NCBI GenBank assembly: GCA_051294375.1
Contig: CM119265.1
Location: forward strand, 17,714,403-17,778,402
DNA: 64,000 nt
DNA from: Paraspadella gotoi
Lineage: Eukaryota > Animalia > Chaetognatha
Reading direction: 5' to 3'
This document shows, in pieces, positions 53,651-64,000 of this stretch. A program made the translations under genes and the position numbers. The notes below the pieces were generated by a model that was not told the DNA's origin, ran no database searches, and saw only the letters and a list, made by a program, of their open reading frames with translations. The first letter of the stretch is position 1. Each line of letters starts with the position of its first letter.

Positions 53651-56600
53651 TCACAGCTTTTTTTTTTCTTTCGCGGCGAATCGGCTCATGGAAGCCAAAG
53701 TCCGATGGTTCCATTGTCCATTTCCATCCCGTTGGCAAGGGAGGTTCCCAACAACTTGGGAGGTATGGCAGGAACTTTATTAAGCTCGTTGTTGATGTTA
53801 GTTTTGTTGTTGTTCTATAAAAAATAATTAATTTTTAGTTAATTATTTTTTTGGTTTTTTTTGTTAATTTTAAAAAAAATTTTGTTATTTAATTATTTAT
53901 TCTATTTTATGTTCTAATAATTTCACTGACTTGATTGATGCAGTTTTGAAAGTCCTCGTTCATCTTCGTGACGCGCGTTTGCATGTCGCGCAGCAAAATG
54001 ACAACGTCGTGCATGACATGCTTGTAGTAGTCGCTGTTGCGCATCAGGAGGTTCACTTTGTCGTCCAGCAGGATCGTCGACTTTTGAGTCGTCTAAAAAA
54101 AAACAATAATTAGAATAACTTTTGATGTTAAATGTTTTAAAATAACTAGGATATCGCGACTTAATTCCATAGAATTTAATTTACCTTGATAGAGCGCTCT
54201 TCCGTGTTTTGCAGTTTGTCGTTCTGCCCCAACGTTTTGTCAACTTTAACTTGTAGGAAATTAAGATTGTTTTCGAGACCAATAATGTGGTCTCGATTGA
54301 CTTCCCGCTCCTTTTGATGAAACTCTAGTTGGCTTATAACTGAAATCAGAAGCAAATGGAGAACTGAGCTATGTTTTCGTCGACCCTTTTTTTACTGACT
54401 ACAAGTGTACACTTACCTTCAAACCGAAACTTGCTCATATCACTCCGTATCTGTTCCATGCTCTCTGTAAAGAGACAAAAAAAACAAAAAAAACAAACGA
54501 TGAATCAATATTAACAATACTCAAGAAAAAATCGTCCACATGACTGGGCGTGCGGGAATAGGGGAAGTTAAAAATTATCGGTTGAAAAAACACTAAAAAC
54601 ATGGATTATGGGTTGAACTTGAAGACGTATTTTTATTAGATTTCTAACCACTTGTACGTAAAAGTAAAAAAGAGTTTCTTTTTTTAGTTTCAACTTTATA
54701 TTATAGCACAACTGATTAGAAATCCAATTGTACACAAAAAATGTAAGTTTACAATTTTTCAGACGAGTGAACTTTAAAGAATCTGACAAAATCTAAGCTA
54801 CTGGCACCTCGGTTTGCCAGAGCGGTTTTACATTAAATTTACTAACCGATTGTAGTTGCTGTAAAAGTCAGTGTAATAGCGGTTTAAAAAGCAAATTAAA
54901 ATAGTACCTAAGCTGGTTAGTTCGAGAAATTGAACATTCGACTTTGGAATTTTAACAAATTTTGCTGCCATATGTATATGCATGTGAATTCCTAAAATAT
55001 TAACATTACCTCCAGTTTGTTCATCAGCAGAATCACTGTCCAGATGCTTTTCCAGAATAAACCGCCGTATAATTCTTTGGATGACTTTCTGTTTGGATAA
55101 AAAAAAAACATATTCGTCGATAAATTTTAAAAGTTTTAAGTTTTGATTTTACATTTATGACGCTAAACAGAAAATGAACTGACTTGGTAGGTTAAAGGTT
55201 CCTTCTCTACCACCGGTTTGTCCATTTCCACCTTGGTGAGAGATTCCCTTCGGTACATATCTGAATCATTCCCTATGTACGCTGGGTTGTCATAACTTCC
55301 TCCTTTGCCCTGAAAAAACCCGACGTACAACCTTTATTTTGATGGAAAATAAATTTGTTTGCAATGATCGAATAAAAATAAAGGTTAATCTTTTCTATAA
55401 AATCATCTGTCTCGAACTTTACATTATAAACATTGTTGCTTAATAAACAATAAGCAAGTAATTTCTAACCGGTGTAATGACTAGGGGAATTTCCATGCAT
55501 CCCACTTTAGTGCGGTACTTTTCCTTTTGTGTGCAATAGCGTCGACAAAAGCCGCAAAAATTTCTAGGAAAAAGGGGACAAAATATATTAAATCTGATAT
55601 AGTATAAAATTAAATACTAAAGGTCAGGGATTCGTGACATTTATAGCAACAGCCGGAATGACTGTGACTCTGAGCCAAAGATAATGGGATTGGCCGAATA
55701 AAGCTGGATGTGAGGCGGGTGTAAATATATAGTGACACATTAGGGTTTTTTCTTTACCTATTTATCCAAAGGATAAATCTGTACAAATAATAAGGCGGAG
55801 GAACTAGATCGAAAGGTAGAGGCAGAGTGGAACCTGATGCAGAGAAAATTGAATAATAATCGATAATAAAAGAGCTATATACCGTCCTACATCTATTTTT
55901 AATTATTACATTATTGAAACGAACCTTCGTTAATACAATCGAGATATAGTTTTGTTCGGGCAAATTTCCATTCTATATCGGAATCAGACTAAAGAAGAAC
56001 ACATAATAAGGTAAACTATAATTAACAATGATATTAAAGATATAAACTCACTGCGATGGCGTCGAAGGACCTGCTCATCATTGCAATCAACATATTGAGA
56101 AGGACGATAATAGATGAAACACACCATAGCGCGAAGAGGGAGGTGCCCACGGTAGACGTTAAGCTCGCCTAGCCGAATATCATTTGAAGCTTATATTAAA
56201 CAATTAAGTTAGTTTCATTTCAGGGAAAGCCAAAGAAGAGATGAGACGATCCATGATCTCGGAAATTAAATAAAATCTTACAATGTAGAATAAAATAATA
56301 CTCACCTCGAATGGCTTTAAAGTAACAACATCATGAGACATCATTCCAAAGATCGCCCAAAACACTGATTGCATGGTGCTAACTGGCCTGCGGAGGTGAG
56401 AAAATAATAATATAAGATAAATTTTTTTTTTGTTACCGAAGCAGCGAAGCATATGTAATGTGTGTAACTAATTTATTTCCGTCTGTTAATTAGACTTGAT
56501 AGCGTTGATTGTGTTACAGTTATTAGCGCTTATGATAATTAGGCAAATTGACTTACGATCCAAAGCGGTAGGCTGCTTCCGCTCTGATGCCGGCGCTTGA

Positions 56601-59600
56601 GGCTCCGACTTGCTCGAGATGAGGGAAGGGGGCTTCGATGGGTTGACGTGTCTCCGGATTGTAATACCTGGAGATTAAAACACGAGCGACGATGGTAAAT
56701 TTCGACCTTTTTCGAGCATCAGCTATATTATAGACAAATAAAGATATAATTTTACCAATAGAGGTTGTGAAGACCAATCATGAAGGAGATAGATACGGAT
56801 AGGAATACAACCATGAACTTGCTGATGTCTTGCTTGATCATTCTCTCGAAAGAGATTTGAAGGGGTCCGAGACTTTCATTTGCTGAGAGGGAGAGTCCGA
56901 GAGATTATCTTATTAATTTTAGTTCTTAAATAAGTAAATACTTCAACAAGCTAAAATATTTGACCTGGAAGGAGATGCGAAACGCGAGATAAACTCAAGA
57001 CGTTTGCAATAGCAAATAAAGCTTCAGCCACATTCAATTCGTCGTATGGATCCCAGAACCATCGATCTGTCAAAGAGGAAAATCATGAACTACTTTTCGT
57101 AAAGAAATCAACCCTGCTTTCACAAATCCTCGACTTGCCAGCAATGATCCAACTGAAATGTTTGTTGGCTAACTCCGTATCGTTTCGAAAAGACAACCAC
57201 GTGGATTCTGTTTTGAGGTAGTTAATAGATTGCGTAACCTTGGAAAAAGGGGGAACAATATTATTATCAATTTGTATTTAATTACAATTGTCAAATACTA
57301 TGCTTAGTTTTTCGTAGGTGCAGACAAAATTACTCAAGAATGTAAAATTTGCTTAGGAAACTTTTAACTCTTAAATTGTTTGCAAATTTAATCAAAAATA
57401 TGACTTTTGAGCAACTATAACCTATAGAAACTTAATGTTTAAGAATATTTAGGAAAAACAGTTTTAATGTGGCAACGAATTTTATTGACAAGTAAGTCGG
57501 ACATGTTTCGACTCTTATAGAGTTAGAGTCTTCATCAGCAAGTGCTGAAATCGAAAGTCTATACATAATGTTTAAGAATAATAATAATAAGAACTGTGAA
57601 CTATTAATCCTCCGAAATTTAAGTGGAAAGTTTAAATTACTATCTTGGCTGAAACTCGATCTTAGAACGATCTTCGATTTTGAACGTTAAAATGGATCGA
57701 ATAAACCGGTTAAAACTAGTTTCAAGAGGAAAGTTTCCAACTTTTTCCAGGAAAAAGTCAACTCTAGTATTTTTTTGCAGAAGTCTCATTTAAAATTTAC
57801 CAAAAAATGCAGCTAGAAATTTTCACGGTTGACGCTTTCACAGAAAAGGCCTTCGGAGGGAACCCGGCGGCTGTCTGTTTCGTAAAGCCAGATGCAGAAG
57901 GTAAGTGCATAATTTTAGTTTTCGGTTACCGACTTTCTGCCTTGAAAATTGCTCCAGTGCTCAAACTCTGCCTCCAGGACTTGCAACCTGGAATTGGTGT
58001 TTTACTGACACTTTTTTTTTTTAAATCACAATTATTGTGCCTCTCCTCTAATCTGAGCGAGGGGTCTAAATTTGTTAAACCTTCTGACTAGATGAGATTT
58101 AGCAAGAGATAAAATATAATATATATAAATTAATTAATTAATAAATTAATAATAACCCAAGTCCCAAAGAAAAGGATTATCGTGTATGCTATCATTGCTT
58201 TGGTTACTATCTCATAAAGTATTGTGGGGCCCTCATTGATTTTAAACAAAGTCATAAGAACTTTCCTTTGAAATTGTTTGTTTTTTACCTCTAGAAGGGC
58301 CCTAACTAGACTGAATTAGTGACCCCATTAAAAGTGAAATGGACTATATCCTGAAACAGTTGGGACATTACCAATGGGCCTTGATTTGACTTAAATAGGG
58401 GCCCAACTTGATCCCTAAAGTTTAAAAGGGCCCCAAGCATGATCTAACCTGATTTTGATCAGTTAGACTAATCTGCACAGACTGAACCTTTTTTCATAAT
58501 CACTCAGTTGCTTTTTTTTCTTCTTTCTTTTTCTTTTCTTCTTTTTTTCTTCTTTTCTTTCCTTCTTTTTATCTCTCTTCTCAGGGGCCTCCTTCGGGCC
58601 CTCCCGGGCGAGGTTGTCCCCCCCTCTCGCCACCCCTGGGTAAGTGAATAGCTTTTAACAAGGAAAACGGAAAACAATTTTTTTAACCGAGACTAACTTC
58701 CATAATAAGTAATATTTATTTTATATTCAGAATTTTTGAACGACGAGGTGATGCAAAAAATTGCCACGGAAATGAATCTGAGCGAAACGGCATTTCTGAG
58801 GCTTGTGAAGAGAGACGAATCCTTTCTCACCGCCAAGGTACATGTATTATCATTGCATTGAGTTATGTCGCTTCGGTGCTTGGAATAGAAAAAGTACAAT
58901 GAAACGACGATACTCGTTTCCAGCGATTCAGCCTCCGTTGGTTCACGCCAACGAACGAGGTGCCGCTCTGCGGTCACGCAACGCTCGCTTCCGCCGCCGC
59001 CATTTTCCGGAGCGAAAATCCTAACAGAGGCTTGGAATTCGAGACGCTGAGCGGCGTCTTGAGAGCGTCACGCGAGGCCGAGGTGGGGGGAATAAAGGGC
59101 GCTCCGCGAATCACGTTAGACTTTCCTTTGAACGCGCCAACGCCCGTGTCTGCGAGCGAATGGAGCGAACTCGGCGTCCAGACGTTGATTGACGCAATCT
59201 TGCCAAAAGGTGAGGTTGATTTAACTACCTACATAATTTAAACCTTAAACACTAACGCCGAGTTGTTACTAACAGTTAAACGTTAAACCCTTTTCTCCTC
59301 TCAAGAATCTTCACTTGAGGTAGAGGATGTCCATTTATCTCGCAATGCTAAAAAGTTGATGATTCGGCTGAAATCAAAGCCAGGGGCGCTGAAGACCATG
59401 AAGGCTTTACGCCCAGATTTTGGTAAAATGATGACGGTTGGAGGAGTCGAATTCAAGGGGGTCATCCTCACACTCGGAGGAGACGAGAGTAAAACGGGTT
59501 AGAAATTATTCAATAGCGAAAAACTAAAACTTGTTATAATTATTAACTAGGCGATTCAAATATCCCTTACTTTTTAATCTTTTTAAATTTGATTAGGCTC

Positions 59601-60880
59601 ATCGTTCGACTTTTACTCCCGTTACTTCAGCCCTTGGAACGGCCTTCCCGAGGATCCAGTCACCGGGTCCGCCCATACCGTACTCGGTGAGAACCTAGCA
59701 TATTTGCTTATCAAAAATGATTAGATCTGGTTACTGAGCGTATAAAAAAAATCCAAGGTATTTGACATTTTTTTGAAAATTTAATTAATGAAGCACAAAA
59801 ATTTGATTTCGAATCCTAGTCACTTCACACTTCAGGTCCATTTTGGGCGGGAGTTTTGAAAAAGGAACGACTGCGCGGGTTTCAGTGTTCCGCGAGAGGA
59901 GGCGACGTCTCCGTTGAACTCAACGGAGACAGAGTCAACATTTCCGGTTCGTCGTCCCTTGCCTATGACTATTGACTATAGTTATTTATCATTTACTCAT
60001 GGATCTGCGGTAAATTAAAATTTTCATTTTCAAATTTTTTTACCATAAATCTTGACGCTTTTTACCAGGCGCAGCTTGCGTTTTATTGGAGGGAAAGCTC
60101 TCTTTTTGATGAAGATTTATATCTTTGCTGACAAGACTATAATCTGTCTCATTTCTCATAGAAGAACACGAGAGCCGATCATCGTAATTCATCAGACTCT
60201 TGTTTTGAAAACTTGAAGATTATGTTTACACTTGTGGATTTATCATCAAAAACTAGATAGTATTATCATCATAATATTAATATACAAATTAAAACTCACC
60301 TTAGTCATACTGTGGAAGCGAAAGATGAATGATATGACGTAAAGACTGACCATGATAAAATCGATATATTTGTACCTAAAAAGATAAATAGTTAAAATTT
60401 ATCCAAAGCTTTTACAGGATTTTTAAAATCCCTTACCAATTATTAAAGGTAGATGCAAAACCATGGACGTATATTTTTTTCACCTTTGTCCAAGCCAGAC
60501 CTACAGCCAAAAAAAAAATCAAGAAATTTATTCTCAAATGATTAAAATCTTTCTAGTTTTTTTTTATTGATTATTATTGTTATATTTGTCAAATGGAAGA
60601 CTCAAGTTATTGAAATTCTTTTCTATATAATTTTGGGTTTTCATCTGATTTTGTAGAAATAACTAGAACAGGAAGTTTTATAGGTTCTCAAGCTCATATC
60701 ATAAAGCATAACATTTATTTTGTTGCCGAAAACAAAAACTTATGCATCTTTTTAACGGTATAATAAGTCTGAGACCTCAGTGAGAAGACAATATGAATGT
60801 TTTAGAAGACTTTAAGTGCCGATCGATTCACACGTCATGGCGCAACAATTTTAACATATATTTCGAAAGGGTAATGACCT

Positions 60881-60944
<64 letters not shown>

Positions 60945-63800
60945 CGAGAAACGCTCCCCCACGGAAATTGAGATCGACGTAACTGCCAATCGGATCAGCG
61001 TCGGCCTCGCGTTCGCCCTCTCGGGCTCCGGACTCGATTTGCCCCATACGTTCCGAGGCCAACGAGGATTTCATCCTTTTCATTCAATTAAAACAAAATA
61101 GAGTACGAGTCGGCTCTTCGCACGCACTTCAACAAAAAAAAAAAAAATTGTTGCGATAGAAAAACGAAGAAAAAAAACTAAACCGATTCGATTTTTTTGG
61201 TTCGACTTAATAAAAGTACGTATATTTTCGACGAACCCTGTATTGTTTCGGGCGATCGATAAATATGATTACGAGTTGCGGTTTGGACGGTGTCTTCGTC
61301 GACGGAGAGACATTTACTTCCGAAGAAGTCCGTCGGTTTTTGGAAGCGTCGACGTCGATTACAGGCGAGATTGTTTGAATTTTATATTTTTGTTTTTTTT
61401 GGGTTTCGTTCTCGTCAAAATCGCTCAAAACTTGTTATTGATCGTTCCCACGCAATAGCTTCGATAACAATAAGACTAAGAGCATTTTTAATTACAAAGA
61501 ACCCAACAATTTTGCCTTTTTTTTTCTTTTTTTTTTAAACAGGCGTCGGCGATCTTCTCGTGAACCTCTCCTTTCGCGAACACTATCATCCATCGAATTC
61601 TAATCACTTCCCCGACGTGACTCACCCATTGGCTCGATGGACCATGAGCAATCCGCACTCGTGGCAAGCAGCTTGGCCCGGGGGACAAAGTTTGGCGAGG
61701 TGGGTTCGCTCTATCTCAGTACATTAAACAAAACCCCATTTTCCTTTCTCTCACCGTCTTTCAGGTACATCAGCGAAAATCCTTCCGTCGTAGCGGGAAA
61801 GACTGTTTTGGACTTTGGGTCGGGCGGCGGAATCGCCGCCATCACCGCCAAGAAAAACGGCGCCGCTAGAGCAATCGCTAATGACATCGATCCTTTGGCA
61901 ATCGTCGCCGCCGAAATCAACGCCGAGTTAGTTTTGTTTTGATTAGTTTGTTGTTCTTTTTGCGAACGCCTTTCTTTCCTTTTCTATTATTATTCTTTAT
62001 TTATTAATTAATTTATTTTTTTCTTTATTTCTTTCTTGCTTTTTTGTTTCTCTTTCTTTCTTACTTTTTTGTTTCTCTTTTTTCTTGCTTTTTTGTCTCT
62101 CTTTCTTTCTTGCTTTTTTGTCTCTCTTTTTTCTTGCTTTTTTGTCTATCTTTCTTTCTTACTTTTTTGTCTCTCTTTCTTTCTTGATTTTTTGTCTCTC
62201 TTTCTTTCTTGCTTTTTTGTCTCTCTTTCTTTCTTCCTTTTTTGTCTCTCTTTCTTTCTTCCTTTTTTGTCTCTCTTTCTTTCTTGCTTTTTTGTCTCTC
62301 TTTCTTTCTTGTTTTTTTTTGTCTCTCTTTCTTTATTTCTTTCTTTTCTTGCTTGTGTTGTCGTTTTCGTACATCGTTTTCGCGGTTTTTCTTCACCAAG
62401 AACTGTTACCGTTGCCAGGGCGGCATTTCCCAGTCGCGAAGGAAGCGTCATTTTGTGAGAGAGAGACGCTGAGAACTCGGAGACGGAAAGATCGTCAAGA
62501 AAAAAAATTAAAATCAGCGACGATTCCGTAAACGAATCCATTTTTTTTCCTTTCCCGCGTGTGTCATTATTTTTGTCATTTTTTTGCAGTTTTTCTCATC
62601 GTTTAACTTTAATTCGAGCCTTTTTGGTGAACGTATACGAGTTAATAATAAAAAAACAATTGAATACGAAGTAATAAGCCGCCTCAAAACAAATAAATAA
62701 AAAAAATAGATATAATAAAAATACATTAAAATTAAAATATAAATATAAATTTATATAAGTAAAATAAAAAACCTTTACAAAGCGGAATAGGTATTTTGGT
62801 TTATCATAAAAAAAACATTATAAGATATTTTTTCATAACGCGATCGCTTCATACCCCGTTTTATTAATACTAAGTCATTTTTATTTTATGCAAAACTAAC
62901 CTCAAAGATCAGTTTGTTTTCAAATAACGAACCGTAAACTCGTCAAATTACCCATGCTTCAATACACTAACAAACAGCCCCTCATACCAAACAACCCTTC
63001 AGATTAAACGACGTTAGGATCGCAGTCGAGGGTCGCGATCTCCTGAGACTCGATATCGATCCATCGTGGGAGGTCGTCCTCGTCGGCGACGCTCTCTACA
63101 CGACCGAACTGTCGACGGACGTGGAGAAGTGGATTAAGCGACTCGTCGACGCCGGCGTCGACGTCCTCATCGGTGAGAAAAGAAAGAAAAGAAATAAAGA
63201 GATGAAAGAAAGAAAGAAAAGAAAAAAAAAAGATAAGAAAGGAAGGCAAACCGAGTCTAACTTTTCAGGTGATCCCGGGCGCAGCACCATTTCCTCGCAG
63301 ATGTATGGATCTCGAATGCGCGTGCAAGCCACTTACCGAATGACTTTTCACACGCGACGCGCCACGGGTGGAACTTGCGTTGATGAATGCCACGTATGGC
63401 GCTGGAGCGACGCAGAATGCGCATGTCCAAGTTGAACGTTTTATTAAGCCAACTGAAGTCAGGACGTTTGGATTTTTATTCCGGAGTTGTTACGTTTTAT
63501 TTCAACATTTGGTTAAATAAATTTTTTGGTTCAGAAACCATTTACTGTGTGGCGAAGCCACTTTGTAGATTCTTTGTAGAATCTTTGGCCAAAACGATTG
63601 GCCAGTGGATCTGCTAAATGGCTTCGCAGCAACAGTTTTTTAAAATTACAGATTACTTAAGGCCTCCAACTTTTTTAGTATAATTTTAAGCTTCCGCGAA
63701 AACTTACCTATAACCCAGACGCTCGTGACGATGTGGATCTCAGGAGGCCACGCCGTACGCAAGACGAAATCTGGCGGCTCTGGAACTTCGCGGAAATCCG
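53651..63800 (-). CDS. TRPC: TRPC-family cation channel, 5'-partial (continues beyond 64000), many short exons
   Basis: Joined exons give VWVIG|LAW..W|[74 protein letters not shown] box [23 protein letters not shown] and a C-terminal coiled coil. Probable stop TGA at 53653-53651. Confidence 0.93.
57481..57545 (-). ncRNA. Minimal type I hammerhead ribozyme (Penelope-like element type) in a TRPC intron, sense to TRPC
   Basis: Minus strand reads cacttg-CTGATGA-A-GACTCT-aactctata-AGAGTC-GAAAC-AT-GTC-cgacttacttgtc-AATAAA: intact core, perfect 6-bp stem II, ACATGT palindrome at stem III, GUC cleavage triplet, short stem I, downstream AATAAA. Confidence 0.7.
57807..60109 (+). CDS. PBLD: Phenazine biosynthesis-like (PhzF/PBLD) isomerase, 7 exons, nested antisense in TRPC intron 57239-60299
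   Basis: [91 protein letters not shown]. Stop TGA at 60107-60109. Confidence 0.95.
57955..58640. mobile_element. Non-autonomous DNA transposon, same family as 12543-12773, in PBLD intron 1
   Basis: Shared sequence blocks and terminal ctcgccacccctgg. Confidence 0.65.
61265..63435 (+). CDS. ETFBKMT: ETFBKMT/METTL20-like lysine methyltransferase (exons 61265-61364, 61543-61699, 61765-61926, 63003-63172, 63269-63435), nested antisense in TRPC intron 60501-63707
   Basis: [13 protein letters not shown]|YISENP, motif [27 protein letters not shown]|DPGR. Frame is kept if intron 1 uses a GC donor. Confidence 0.88.
62030..62352. repeat. ~24-bp pyrimidine-rich minisatellite (ttgcttttttgtctctctttcttt-like unit) in an ETFBKMT intron
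   Basis: About a dozen tandem units seen directly; source of the spurious repetitive ORFs at 62036-62541. Confidence 0.9.
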
Positions 63801-64000
63801 CTGAACAGGAAGAAAAAAAGAGTTTTTAAAACATATATTTTTAAGCTTTTTACATGCCAATCACAGAACACAGATAATTTTTAGCCCAATCGTCAGGATT
63901 AAAACTCAAAATAACTGTTTTAAATAAAAATCGTATTAATCAAGCCGCTCTCAACCCGGATCCTAAGTTCCTCTTACGCAAAGCTTTTCAGCGGTTGCAT

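Noticed and set aside
55618-55704. Possible extra TRPC cassette exon ([11 protein letters not shown]...)
   Set aside because: Weak donor, and joining it to the next exon creates a stop; the flanking exons already join in frame.
57728-57738. Palindromic GGAAAGTTTCC (NF-kB-like) upstream of PBLD
   Set aside because: A single short motif that could occur by chance; no other support.
62036-62541. Repetitive hydrophobic or K/R-rich ORFs
   Set aside because: Translations of a 24-bp intronic minisatellite.

Overview
Animal (invertebrate-type) nuclear DNA, gene-dense with short spliceosomal introns, microsatellites and several N gaps. Reconstructing exons by hand gives 15 protein-coding genes or candidates. 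In order: Onecut (-, homeobox exon not in the window); a candidate 54-aa single-TM micro-ORF (-); a divergent rhodopsin-like GPCR (+, 5 exons, which the ORF track does not join); then six co-directional minus-strand genes (calmodulin, a C2H2 zinc-finger gene, POLD2, NTF2, a second C2H2 gene, ADAT2). These are followed by an intronless KNDC1/very-KIND CDS (+), WDR60/DYNC2I1 (+), a somatomedin-B-domain class B-like GPCR (-), and a TRPC channel (-, 5'-partial) with PBLD/PhzF and ETFBKMT/METTL20-like genes nested antisense in its introns. Non-coding elements: two minimal Penelope-type hammerhead motifs, two tRNA-derived SINE families (one fold-back copy, one split by a hAT-type MITE with an 8-bp TSD), a LINE 3' fragment and MITEs carrying telomere-like repeats. 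Most notable: operon-like spacers (about 60-100 nt from a stop codon to a splice acceptor just before the next ATG, suggesting polycistronic transcription with trans-splicing), a hammerhead in sense within a TRPC intron, double gene nesting, and at least three GC-AG introns. All identifications come from motif recognition by eye; no database search was run.
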